A DNA stretch of 64,000 bases from Vicugna vicugna. Taxonomy: Eukaryota. This document shows positions 40,430 through 53,320 of the stretch, piece after piece. Under the pieces are notes generated by a model that was not told where the DNA came from, made no database searches, and saw nothing but the letters and a program-made list of their open reading frames with translations. The stretch covers positions 1,000,870-1,064,869 of the forward strand of contig MU058103.1 of NCBI GenBank assembly GCA_013265495.1, given 5' to 3'. How positions within the stretch are numbered: the stretch's first letter is position 1; every line of letters begins with the position of its first letter. The position numbers and the translations under genes are program-made.

Positions 40430-41240
40430 ATGATAGTATTTATCCAGCTGCTCAAGGCAGAAATTTTGATATCAACCTTGGCTCCAATTTCTTCCTGTCT
40501 TCCTCTTCAAACCTACCATAAACCCCTATCAATTCTGTATCCTTTCAACCTGGAACCCTTCAATGTTTTTCTAGCCCTCCAGCACTCTTCAAAGTCACCC
40601 TTACCTCTCAGCTGGATCCACATAGGAGACTTGTGGCTGATATTCCTGGCTCTTCTCTCCTGTCCTTTCAAGCTGGTGATGTAACTTTCCAATTCAGTTG
40701 TTTAAACGGTTCCTCACTGGTCTTTTATGATATAAACATGCCTCAACATGACCTCGAGGCTCCTGAAAGACCTGAGCCATGCTTCCTACCTAGCTTTATC
40801 TCTCGTCTGTCCTTCTTGCCTCCTCAACCCACCCCCATCCCTATCTACATTCCATGGTCCAGCCAATATATCTTTATAGTAGGCTCCCCTTACCCTGACC
40901 CCTACTAGAGGCTTACTCTTCCTGCAACAAGCTTTCTGTCTCCCAAACAACACTCTGTCCTGTACCTCTTCCCAACCTTGCTGAGTCCAACACATTCTTC
41001 AGGTCTCTACTTAAATACTACGTTCACTGAGCAGCCTTCCTGAGGACAGAACATTTCCCCACTTCAGGCTGGATGTCTGATTTTCTTTGATATTCTGTAT
41101 TATCCCAACTGTATCATATGCCTCTGCCAAATTTCTCACTCCATTCTAGGCTTTGAGAAAACAAACTGTATTTATTCTCTGTGCCCAGCCTATTGCCTCC
41201 CGTGTAGTAAAGACTCAATAAATGCATGGTGAATGAATGA
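40430..41240 (+). mobile_element. L2 3' fragment
   Basis: Pyrimidine-rich L2 body ending CTCAATAAATGCATGGTGAATGAATGAA. Confidence 0.7.
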
Positions 41241-42114
41241 ACTAATACAATGGTTTAAATTCCCTACTATGTGTCAGGTGTATACGTGGTATCTAAACCT
41301 TACAGCTGACCAAGGTAGGCAGTGATGTTCCTCTACAGAGATAAGGAAGCTGAGCCCAGTAATGCTCCTGTGCTCTCTTTGGTGAAAACAGCTACATAAA
41401 GCATGTTGCCTTCTACTTTCTACCATTGGTATGAATATTTTACAGCCTAAATGCAAGATGCTGCAAATATCCTTGATAAATTAAATCCTATGTGTTTTAG
41501 TTTGATTTTCTGGGTTATAGAGATGTTTTTGAATCCCGACTGTTATACCCAATAGCTTTGTGTAAAGCACATACTTAATAACCCTTCAATGTCTTTATCG
41601 AAGGAAATTAATGACTTTTAAAAAGATAAAAATATTGATGAATAAGGGAAGTCTTTAGAGAAGTAACTATGAGAAATATTAAAAATTTAATTATAAGCTT
41701 GGGATGATAATTATTTTATGAACTGGAAATCTGAACTGATCATTTCTTCATGTCCATACAGATGTGATGAGAAATATATTGCGGTAGAAATCAAAATAAT
41801 ATTATGGTAACAAAGTTCAACTTATATAGAGTTTAATATTTTTGCCAGTGAAACCTAATCGCTGTTAATTTGATAGGACTTTCTTTTCTTTTCTTCTTCT
41901 TTTTTTTTTTGGTCAAAACATGCTTTGATCACCTTTTCTTATAAATACGAAGTGAACTCTGGATACACTCACACTTTCATGTTTTTTCTGCCTTATAATT
42001 TGCAGTGGCTTTAGAGAGGCTATTAAAATTTTACAAATCCATTTGAACGAAAGAGTTAAGTATGCACTATTTTGTTTTCTTTATTTAAACTGAATTTTTT
42101 TCCCTTTGTCACCA

Positions 42115-42563
42115 TTGTTGTCCCCCTCAAAGTGGTATTTATCTGCAGCAGGTGCCTGGTGCCGTGCCCATGTCTCAGCACTCGCCTATGATATGCGTAA
42201 CAACAACTTCTTACTGCAAGCACTACGTCTCTTTCTCTAAGGGCTTTCACTGACCACGGGCACATGCTCAAAGCAAGTTGTGGGATTAGGGAGTTGGCTC
42301 CTTGGAGCAGGTCTCAGCCAAGATCAGCAGGGGTTGGTGGGCCAGCTTCCTTGGCCTTCAGCTGGAACCACTCTGAAGCATCCCTGCTTTCTCCTAGAAG
42401 TCCCCAGTGTGATTGAGCCCCAGTTGCTCACAGTGATACCCTGCTTATTAATGCACCTTTATTGCTTTCTTTCCCTTCCCTGTCTTGCTTTTCTGATTTG
42501 GGGTCACTTCCTAAATACATATCTAGTTTCAAGGCTGGCTTCTGGAAGAAGCCAGTCTAAGAC
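42115..42563 (+). mobile_element. ERVL solo LTR (LTR16-like)
   Basis: GATTGAGCCCCAGTTGCTCACAGTG...TTCCCTTCCCTGTCT...TAAGAC matches the remembered LTR16 3' half. Confidence 0.75.
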
Positions 42564-43519
42564 TTCACCAATCACATCAAATGAAGATTACAAATTCCAA
42601 GCTTCTAATCCATACATTTAATCCTTTCCACCAGAATGTCCACCTCTTACTGGAAGGAGGGAAATGGAGGGAGAGGGATGGAGGAGGAGAGAAGAGATGA
42701 GGGGGAGGGGAGAGGAGAAAGGATTGTGAGCGAGAGCTCTGTCTATCCCTTCCCCCTCTTCTTTCCCTAAGGTTATGATTTAACCTTTTATATATGGAAA
42801 AGCCTACTAGGCTACTAGTCACCACACGTATCTGAAAGCACTGGTTGTTGATATACACCAGCTTCTAGGAAAGCTGCAAGCTTTGTGGTACCTCCACTCC
42901 TGTCACAACAGGGTTGGAGAAGATAACCCGCAAGCAGCATAGGGAAATACATAAACGGTCTCAGGGAAGTGTTTACAGCCTTCTGAAGGAATTCACCCGG
43001 CAAAGTCCCTGTGCCGAACCTGATTCTTGCTTAACCCAGGGTGCCGGTAACCAAGATAAATGATGCCTTGACAGTTGGCAGTACAAGCAGCCTGACATGT
43101 CGGAGAAAAAAGGCCATCCATTCTGATTGTTTGCCAGCAGTTTATTTCTCTCTCCCTCATCAGACTGAAAGTGGCAGCTATGGTGGGTGTGTGATTTATA
43201 CCACCCAGCAGTGCGCCCTGCACAGATCCTTCTTGGGAAGGAAGATGACGAGCAGAACCTGTGACAGATCCCTTGCATTCAGACATCAGAATCGCCTGAT
43301 GATTTAAAGAAGAAGGTGAAGAGGAGTGCCCGGGCGTGGCTGGGCAGACACATTAAAAAGAGGAAAATGGTTATTGTGATTATGTCCTCTATGCTGGTGG
43401 TAATGAACTCTGTTCAGGTTTTGGAGAGAAGAGAAGGAACCCTCATTGATCCTGGGGGCAGAGGGACATAGTTTCTTGTTTCTGTTGAGCTCGGTGGGAC
43501 GTAGAATGATGGGTGTGGA

Positions 43520-43715
43520 AAGAGCATGGTCTTGGGAGACAGACCTGGGCTAGAATACCAGCTTTGCTACTTTCTGGATGTGGCACATTGTTCGTGCTAT
43601 TTTACCTCTGTAAGCCTCAGTTTTCATAATTGTAAAGAGCAGTGTTAGTAACTCTCATACTATCTGACTGTACGAGTTAACCTCGAGATTATAGAGTATT
43701 TACAGGCACACTGAT
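43520..43715 (+). mobile_element. MIR
   Basis: CAGACCTGGG...CCTCAGTTTTCATAATTGTAAA. Confidence 0.65.
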
Positions 43716-44704
43716 GCCTTGAGCTACTGTTGCAAGAAGGCAGGGATCTGTGGTTGAATCACTTTCCCATGAGCCTCAGTTACTAAATCTCCCACGTGCC
43801 ACGGCTAGGTTGACAACGGGAAATCAAAGGCAGGTAGAACGTGAGTCCTGTGCAAAAAGAACTCCCAGTCAAGCTCCGGAGGAGAAGCCAGTTCAGCACA
43901 GGTGTGCACGTCTCTTCTGATAAATACTTGTCCTTTGTTTTTCGGTCTGTTTGTCTTTTAACAAAGGATTGTTACTCAGTTTTATCCACAATTAGTTGCC
44001 GGTCTCTTGCTTTGCCGTCCATGTCACATGGTGAAACACTCGTGTATGTAGCTGGAGTAATATATGTTATATTAGCCCAAAACCTGTCCTGTTGATGATA
44101 ATAAGGAAAGGTGATCATTTTTAATCGTTCATCAGGAAAAAGTACTTTCTTTGAGGAAGAACAGTCAAATGACATTACTTGTAAGTTAGCCTCACCTAAA
44201 TCTTATCATCTGATGTCTCGATTTTGCTTCTGTAACTGGGGCAGAAGTTGCTCTCAGACACACTGAAACAAACAGGGGAGGAGAAACAATGATGGGAAAG
44301 AAATAAAGGCAATGGGAGTGGTTCAGCGATGGTGCTGGTTCCTAAGGGGAAACCAGTGGACTTGGCTCATACCAGGGCCAGTAACCGAAGGCTGCCAAGC
44401 TGTGGGTGAGGCAGGGTGATGCGGTCCACCTGCTGTGGTTAGGTTCACTGTCGGCAGGGCGGCAGATCTGTGTTTGCGGGAGGTTGGCCAACTAGAAAAA
44501 TATTCTAATCTCGGAGTGAATATGTGCAGGCAATGGTCCATACTCCCTGGGGTGGGGTTGGAAGCTGTTGGTGCAGTTGTTCTTGAATCTGCCTGCTACA
44601 CGTTAGAATAACCTGGAAAGCTGTTTCAATGCAAAACAGAGCAAAACAAAAGCAACGTCCAGATCCTACTCTCAAACCAATTAAATCACCAACTTGGGTT
44701 GAAG

Positions 44705-47700
44705 TCGTTTTATTATAAAAAAAACTTTAAATGTACGAAAATCTTAAGAAGTTTGCATTGAACATCTGTATTCTTCATCTAGATTCTACATTTAAAAGTT
44801 TGCTATACTTACTTTATCAACTGCCTGCTTTACTATCCAGTCCTTTATCCATCTGGTAATCCATTCTATTATTGGTGCGTTTTGAAGTAAATTTTAGGTA
44901 TTAGCTCACATTCCCCTGAATAGCTCAGTTTACATGTTGCTAGCAGGAATACAAAAGTATTTACAACTTTTTTCTTATGTAAATGTATATACAATGAAAT
45001 ATACAAATCTTAAGTGTCCATTAGCTGAGTTTTAATAAATGCATGCAGCATCCCAGCTTCTATCAAGTGTAAAATATTTCCATGACTCCATGAAGTTTCC
45101 TCATGCCATCTGCCGGTCAGTTCCTTGCCCCTGCTCTCCAGAGATAATCATTGTTTTGATCTTATTCTCATCACAGATTTCCATTTTGTTGAGAATTTCT
45201 TAAAAATGGAATCATACATTATGTACTCTTTTGTATAAGATATTGTTCACTTTATATAATACGCTAACGGTTTACCTAGGCTTATGTCTCTAATAGTATT
45301 TTTTTAAGTGCTGAGTCATATCTCATAAATATACTGTAATTTGTTTGTACATTCTTTTTTTTAATTGAAATATAGTCAGCTATAATGTGTCAATTTCTGG
45401 TGTACAGCACAATGTCCCAGTCATGAATATATATATATATATATATTCATTTTCATATTCTTTTTCATTAAAGGTTATTGTAAGATATTGAATATAGTTC
45501 CCTGTGCTATACAGAAAAAACTGTTTTTTGTTTTATATTTTTATATATAGTGGTTATCATTTGCAAATCTCAGACTCCCAAATTTATCCCTTCTTACCCT
45601 CTTTCCCTCAGTGACCATAAGATTGTTTACTATGTCTGCAAGTCTGTTTCTCTGTTGTAAATGAGATCATTGGTGTCCTCCTTTTTCTTTTTTTTCCTTA
45701 GATTCCACGTATGAGTGATATCATATGGTATTTTTCTTTCTCTTTCTGGCTTATTTAGAATGACGATGTCCAGGTCCATTCATGGTGCTGAAAATGACAT
45801 TTTTATTCTTTTTTATAGCTAAGTAGTATTCCATTATATAAATATACCACAACTTCTTTATCTAGTCATCTGTTGATGGGCATTTAGGTTGCTTCCATGT
45901 CTTGGCTATTGTATATAGTGCTGCTATGAACATTGTGGTGCATGTATCTTTTCAAATTAGAGTTTCCTCTGGATATATGCCCAGGAGTGGGATTGCTGGA
46001 TCATATGGTAAGCCTATATGTAGTTTTTTGAGGAATCTCCATACTGTTTTCCTAATGGCTGCACCAAACTATATTCCCACCAGCAGTGTAGGAGGGTTCC
46101 CTTTTCTCCATACTGTCTCCAGCATTTATCACTTGTGGACTTTTTAATGGTGGCCATTCTGACTGGTGTGAGGTGATACCTCATTGTAGTTTTGATTTGC
46201 ATTTCTCTGATAATTAGCGATGCTGAAAATTTTTTCATGTGCCTATAGGCCATTCATAAATCTTCTTTGGAGAATTGCTTGTTGAGATCTTCTGCCTATT
46301 TTTGGATTGGATTTTTGTTGTTGTTGTTATTAAGTTGTATGCACTGTTTATATATTCTGGAAATTAAACGTTTGTCAGTTGTATCATTTGCAAATATTTT
46401 CTCCCATTCTGTACATTGTCATTTTGTTTTGTTTATGATTTCCTTTGCTGTGCAAAAGCTTAAAAGTTTAATTAGGTTTCATTTGTTTATTTTTGCTCTT
46501 ATTTTTATGGCCTGGATAGACTGCCCTAGGAGAGCACTGCTAAGATTTATGTCAGATAATGTTTTGCCTATGAGTTTATTTTTGTGTATGGTGTGAGGGA
46601 ATGTTCTAATTTCATTGATTTATATACAGCTGACCAGTTTTCCCAACACCACTTGCTGAAGAGACTGTCTTTTCTCCATTGTGTATTTTTGCCCCCTTTG
46701 TTGAAGATTAGTTGACCATAGGCCTGTGGGTTTATTTCTGGGCTCTCTATTGTGTTCCACTGATCCATATGTCTGTTTTTATGCCAATAACATGCTGGTT
46801 TGATTACTGTAGCTCTGTAGTATTGTCTGACATCTGGGAGGGTTATTCCTCCAGCTTCTTTCTTTTTCTTCAATATTGCTTTGCCAATTTTTGGTCTTTT
46901 GTGATTCCATATAAATTTTAGGATTATTTGTTCTAGTTCTGTGAAGAATGTCCTGGGTAATTTGATAGGGATCTCATTAAATCTGTTGATTGCCTGGGGT
47001 AGTATGGCCATCTTAACAATATTAATTCTTCTAGTCCAAAAGGATGAGATAGCTTTCCATTTCTTTGAGTCATCTTTAATTTCCTTAATCAATTTTTTAT
47101 AGTTCTCTGTTATACACTCTCCTTTTGATGGATACTTTGGCTGCTTCCAATTTTTAGCTATTTTTTCTAAACCTACTATGAGCATTCTTACACAAGTCCT
47201 TTTGTGAACCTATGTTTCCATTTTTGTAGGAGTGGAATCACTGGGCCTTAGGGCAATTTAGTTCAAGTTTAGAAGAAACTGCCTAAACTTCTTTTTTTAG
47301 GTGATTACACCCTTTTGCATTCCCACCAACAACTTGTGACGTGAGAGAATTCTAGTTAACAACCTCATCAACATTGATGTCATCAATTTTCCCCCCTAAA
47401 GAGAAAAAGTATTTTTTTAAGTTTTGTTTTCTTTTTCTTCCATGATGATTGAGATATAATCAATATACAACAATGTATAAGTTTGAGGTATACAGCATAA
47501 TTATTTGATTTATATCCATCATGAAGTGATTATTACAATAAGTTTGATGATAAATCTTTTTAATTATAGTCATTCTGGGGGAAATAAATTGGCATTTCAT
47601 TGTGATGACAAATGATACTAACCACTTTTTCTTATACTTACTGACCATCTATACATCTTCTTTTGTGAAGTGACTTTTAAGTTATTTGCCAACTTTCATT

Positions 47701-47938
47701 GGGTTTTTATCTTTTTACAATTACATTTAAGAAGTTTTTTATTTTTTTTTAAGTTTTTCACACATTCTGGATACCAGTCCTTTGTTTAGATATGTATTTT
47801 GTGAAACATTTTCTTTTAGTCTGTGGATTGATAGTTCATTTCCTTTATGATATTGTTTAATGAAGGAATTTTTACATTTTGCAAAAGTCTGTTTTTTTTC
47901 TTTTATGGTCACTGCATTTTTAGGCTGATCTGAGAAAA
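44705..47938 (-). mobile_element. Old L1M 3' region hosting younger L1 insertions, including a short L1 3' end at ~47420-47555
   Basis: Host sequence reads continuously across the 45355-47109 insert (...GTACATTCT / CCTTTTGATGGATAC...). Confidence 0.75.
45355..47109 (-). mobile_element. Young 5'-truncated lineage L1 (ORF2 C-terminal part plus 3'UTR)
   Basis: ORF 46568..47185 ([11 protein letters not shown]...[13 protein letters not shown]) and ORF 46014 ([20 protein letters not shown]...HCWWE). T tail at 45355. Confidence 0.95.
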
Positions 47939-48533
47939 AATTCCTTTTTCAAACCTTCATAGGTGATTCTAACTTGTAGCCAAAATTGAGACCATCTGAA
48001 TTATAGAGAATCAGTAAAGTTCTCTGGCAAGTTATAGAGCTAATCAGGACACAGAAATGAAATGTTGAATTTTGGAGAAATTAGTGTGTCTATAAGAAAG
48101 ATTCTCTTGAGAGTCTCGAGCAAGTACTGCGGCTTCACACCAGGGCACTGGGCTTATGGCGGCTAGTTACTTGCAGACCCTCTCAGAGTTCATGCTTCAT
48201 GACTGCATCATGATTATTTTAGATACTGGGTGAGATAGAAGTTACAAGATTGGGGTCATCAGTGGCTGTAGTTGAATAGGAGACAGGAGAATCAGGATTT
48301 AACCTTCTCAACATGTGAATTCTGATCCAGGAATAGATTCAGTATTCTGGGTAGTACTTGTATGGAAGAAGTTATGGGGAAAACAAAAATTAACCCTATA
48401 AAATATTGTTGGCAAATGTTGGGTTATTTGAGCTTCATTTGGATCAGGACCACAAAATCAAAATGCTCAGTAAGGACGGGCAGATGAGCTCATGGTAGTG
48501 CTGGTGCCCATTAATTTAGTGCTTCTTGTCCAT

Positions 48534-48756
48534 CAGGAGTTGGCAAACTGGCCAACATCCAAGTCTGTCTCATGGTCTGTTTTTGTAAATAAAATTGTAT
48601 TGGAACATAGCCACCTCCTCCATTTACCTATTGTCTATGGCTTTGTGGCTATTTTTATGCTACAGTGGCTGTTGAGTAGTTTTGGCAGGCAATATAGCCC
48701 ACAAAGTCAAAAATATTTCCTATTTGTCCCTTGATAGAAAAGGTTGTTGACACTTG
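48534..48756 (+). mobile_element. MER58A-like hAT-Charlie element
   Basis: CAGGAGTTGGCAAACT...TTTTTGTAAATAAAATTGTATTGGAACATAGCCAC...GTTGTTGACACTTG. Confidence 0.85.
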
Positions 48757-49879
48757 CTATTCATTATTTTTAAGCTGTATAATCTGTCTATGGAAAAGAT
48801 GTTATGTATCCATTTCAAAGATGGAGAAACTGAAGCTCAATTAGTCTCGATGATTCATCCAAGACAGTAAAAGGAAAAACTAGAATTGAAACTCATGTAT
48901 GAATGGCTTCCATGCATATACCCATTCTTTTGTGCCATCTGCTCTCTCTCAGTTATATAGATGAACTTAAACAAGGCAAATCCAATAATTATGATTACTG
49001 AAAGGTTTGTCATGCATGATGGAAAACAAAACTGGTTGATAGGATGAATAATTGGTACTGAAAAATTACAAGGAAATATGGACATTTAATAACTCATATA
49101 AGATTAATTTATATGCTATGCAGAGTCTGAAATACATTTTGTAGTCATATGGCTAACATTGATGTCTTCTTTGGATGAAGCATTAGGACACATATAAGGC
49201 ACTGTAATGCAAGGCAGAAATGTGTCATCATCAGAAGCCATACTCAGAGTGCGTAGGACCTGTGGGCAGAAAGGCTCATGTGGTGAGAGACGTCACGTTT
49301 TAATTAGCCTTTGACAATCAGTAGGGATTTAGGCTCACACACACTCCTAGACTAGTGTATATTCCTGAACAAATAATAGAGAACTGTAGTCCTTTCTAAC
49401 TCCTATGTTAATATTTAATAAAAATCATCTAAGGGATCATGAAGAAAGAGCGGATGAATTGAATCTACTGGAATTCACTTGAGAATAATGTGAAAATTAG
49501 CTGCTGATTTCATTCTCAACCATATTGCATTTTAGCAGATCCCAGCATTCCTAAAATGCAGTATGATAGCTATAGAAAAGGGTTATAGACCAGAGAGGCT
49601 AGTTGATAAAACATCCTTTTCTGAGGGAAAAAAAGAAAAAAGAAAAAAAAGCAGCCAGCAATCAGGCAATCTCCTTTGTGAATTGGTTTTGAGACATATT
49701 TTTTAATTAAAAAATATCTTATTTTTTGTTCTATGTTAATAGAGGGTTTTAAATTGTGACTAACACATTGGGCATTACAAACTGATTACTTAAGGGCACT
49801 TGATACAAAATAACATTTGATTTATTCATATTTTGCTCATTTCTTCAACCACTCAAGGAAGAATTTTTGAGACTGTATT

Positions 49880-50420
49880 AAATGCAGGAAAAATGAAGAT
49901 AAGACAAATATCCTGTCCTCAAGTAGCTATGAATCCCCTTAGGAAAAGAGGTACACAAACAAATATTAACAAAGCAAAGAGGCAAAATTTTAAAGAGTAA
50001 TGAATGTATGCTCAGTTTTTCATAGAAAGGGATTATCTCCTCTTTAAGTGAGGTAGTCAGAGAATGTTTCAGAGAAGAGACGGTATGAACAAGGAGCCTG
50101 GACAGGTGCATAGATGGGCTCGTGTCCATGTTTTGCTCACAGGAGGAGGAATGAATGAAAATGCAGGAGCTAACTATGACAGCCTGTGATGAGCTAGCAG
50201 ACAGGCAGCCTGGGTCTGATGGAGCTGGTGGGATATTAATACAGAAAACAAAGGAAGGTGATAGCAAGTTAGTGTAACCATGAGATGAACATAGACCATG
50301 GAGAAAGGAATGTGAATGCCAGAGCTGGAGGTCTGTCGCCACAGAGTGAGTCTCAGGAGTAAGGCATCATCAGGAGGACCACAAGTGCTCTGAGGCCAGA
50401 TCTGAAGACTAAGAAGAAAC
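49880..50420 (-). mobile_element. L2 remnant
   Basis: AGACAAATATCCTGTCCTCAAGTAGCT...GTCAGAGAATGTTTCAGAGAAGAG. Confidence 0.55.
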
Positions 50421-50639
50421 GGCAGAAGGGGCTGTATGATAAACGGGCAGCAGTTAGAATGCTCTGAACCTCAGGCAGAGATGCGGTCTTGCTTGGGCTT
50501 TGCTGTGGAGGTGGTAGACTGGTGCAGGAGTTCTAGAGACCAGGCCGGTACTTCAGGGAAAGTCAGGCTTTGCTCACTCAATGATTTAGCAGCTCTACGT
50601 TTGGGTAGATGTTTCAAAGAAAGTGTTGTGTGGATGCGT

Positions 50640-51030
50640 AAGGGGGTTTTTACAAGGTTGTTTACTTTCACATTATTTGTAGTAGCAAAAATTTGAAGAC
50701 AGCTTGTGTGGGTGCCCACCCCTGGGAGAGTGGATGGGTAAAGTGTGTGGGAGTGAGATGCAGTAATTAGAAACAATACACAGCAACATCCAAGGATCTG
50801 AAAACGTAGGACTTAGAACAACAATAAAGAAAATAGAAGGAAGCAGAATGACATTTGTGACACAATTTGGTTTCCATAAATTAAATATCCACGTTCCCAG
50901 AACAAGAATACAGTTTTTCATCATACAACATACTCTTTCCTAAAAATAATCTTGCTATACAAAATCTTACAATGAAAAAATACAGGGCTTGTGAGAAAAA
51001 TAGGTTTGGGGAGAACACTAAAACCTTTGT
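50640..51030 (+). mobile_element. Old L1ME-like 3' fragment
   Basis: TACAAGGTTGTT...CATTATTTGTAGTAGCAAAAATTTG...GGATGGGTAAA. Confidence 0.6.
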
Positions 51031-53296
51031 CGGGGACAAATAAAAAAGATCAGAACTTAATAAGAGGTGCGGCACAGTTATGCACACGTTAAACAGTTAA
51101 AAACATATGTCCTGCAATATGTACATACTCCAACTTACAAAAGATGAGACGTTTTCTTGTGAACATGGGCCTGGGAAAGGCTTCAGTTTGTGAGTTATCG
51201 AGAGGTGATGGAGTGAGGCTTATCTGAAGGGAGAGGAAAGTTGTGATGCAGGCGTGGGTGTGTACAGCTCATAACACATGTGGCAAACTGGGTCGCTGCT
51301 GGGTGTCTGAGGGCTGTGTGCTTGTGTGTGTGTTGTGTATTTGTACTGGGCTCCGATCAGCAGGGTGCAGTTTTCTGCATTCACAGTGCTTTTCCTGGAT
51401 GGAATTACACGTGAAAATTGGATTAGACTCAAACGGTTCTCTGTGTCAGTGGCATTTGAACAAATCCACAGTCACAAAACAAGCATTACAGCAGAAATGG
51501 CTGCATGAAGACATGCCAACAATTGAGCATAAAACGCTGTGAAAAGAGAAAATACCTAAGTATATAAAATAAAGGAGGAGACTTTCATGAGCCAATGATG
51601 ATAATATCACCATTGATATTGATTATCAACGATATAATGATGAATCAAATCATCAAATGATGAATTGAGGAAAGAGGGTGACTTACCAACTCTCTTCTAA
51701 CTTTCATTCAGAGAAAAGGAACTGAGGGCCAAAGAGAGATGCTGTATGTTCAAGGTGAGTATTTCCGGAAGGAGTCTGTAAGAAATTCCAGGGTGCCTGA
51801 GATTGTTTTCCTGTGTAATGGGAACTAACCAAATGAGTTCATAAAAAAGGAGGAGGGACTGGAGAGGACTTTATTTCCAGGTATTGACAGTGAGCAATGA
51901 CATTAGAGACGGAGGAATAGCACTGCAACGGCACAGGAAGCTCAGCGACACGGTGGTACGGAGCTGGAGACAGAGAGACAAAGGATGGAAAGAAAAAAAA
52001 CCGACACAGATAATAGGTGATCATAAACAGGAAGTTGATCTCTAAATCACCAAAGACGCTAGTCTGAGTGAGCTCCCTCCCTTTCTGAGCTCTGTGAGTG
52101 GTGATGCTCATATATCCTTCCCAATACACGGCTCACTGAAAAGAGCAGGAAGATTATACAGCCGAAAATCATCGACGCTGGGGAGCTGCGGAGAATACCC
52201 AATGATTCAGTGACTGCCGCTCCGCCTGAGCACGGAGCACAGAGGGATGGTTTTGGAGGAACACAGAAACTGTCAAAGGAGATATGAAAAGTAGTCTGCG
52301 GAGGAAATAAAAACTGCAGATTCAAGGGCGAAAATGAGAAAGCAGCCTTGGGATGGGAATGAACAATAAGACAGTTGATGGTAAAAATGAAAGGTGATAA
52401 TGAATCACTTTTACACAGATGAATATGCACTGGGATGATACGGCCTGAAAAGGGGGAAACATGTGCATTCTGGAGACTGAAAGATACTGCGGCTGGAACA
52501 AACAAGCTGATATTTCCCCTTTGCAATGCCGCGGGCTGTGCTACGGTGTGAAAATACGCACTCCACAGTAAAACTAGAGCATTTTTATTAAAGGCTGCAT
52601 ATAATGCCAACAGAATGCGAAGAATGGAGGGAGAGAACGAAGGAAGGAGAGTGCCTACTAAGAGCCAGATAGTGTGACGCAGAGACTGAGGCATTTACCC
52701 GCCCAGTGAATGTGATCATCCTCGGGTAACCTGGCTGTCAGCTGGGATCCTCCTCACCTCTCAAAATCTACACAACGCTGAGTTTAGCCCTCCTCACCAC
52801 CTGCCTGGGGCTGTGGACATGCAATGCTTCCTTCCCACACTATATGGAAAGCTTTGTCTCTTGGCCACCTAAGTGTCTGGGTACCTTCGCTGTCCTCAGT
52901 CATCTTTGCTGACCTACACTTGGAACCCAGGCTCTTCCCTTTTTCTAAAATCAGCACTCCTGATAAGTATGTCTGAGTCTATTATTACGCAGTCCTTAAG
53001 ATGAGTGGAAAACAGAGAAGGGTTTACATCATGGCCACGCAGACAACTTACAATGGAAGATTGGGAAAGCTTGCGCTCCCGGTGCCCTTCAGCTGCTGCA
53101 CTGCTGCGGAGTTTCAGGGGTCCTTTACCCCAGTGGACTTTAGAGACTCCTCAGCGGGTCTTTTATGGCCACTTCCTCCCCTCGTCCCAGTTCTTTCCTC
53201 TCCTCCTCTGTGTCAAGTTTAGTTTCCCATGTGGGGCATCTTGTCACTTTTCTCAGAAGCTGTGGTGCTAATCAGCTAACACTAGAGCTTATCTGG

Positions 53297-53320
53297 GTGT
53301 GTGTGTGTGTGTGTGTGTGT
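53297..53320. repeat. (GT)12 microsatellite
   Basis: Direct reading. Confidence 0.95.

Larger units (their letters stand above)
44574..47998 (+). mobile_element. MER5-like hAT-Charlie fossil split into 44574-~44704 and ~47940-47998
   Basis: CAGTTGTTCT...TTAGAATAACCTGG...CCAATTAAATCA on the left, AGGTGATTCTAA...TTGAGACCATCTG on the right. Confidence 0.65.

Noticed and set aside
46568..47185. 205-aa ORF as a novel protein
   Set aside because: It is an L1 ORF2 fragment read in from the flanking older L1 with a non-ATG start
49878..50342. 154-aa ORF
   Set aside because: Lies in an L2 remnant, with no recognisable domain or splice support
51594..51668. Short hairpins in a TGAT/ATCA-rich patch
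   Set aside because: Low-complexity sequence with stems of only about 7 bp
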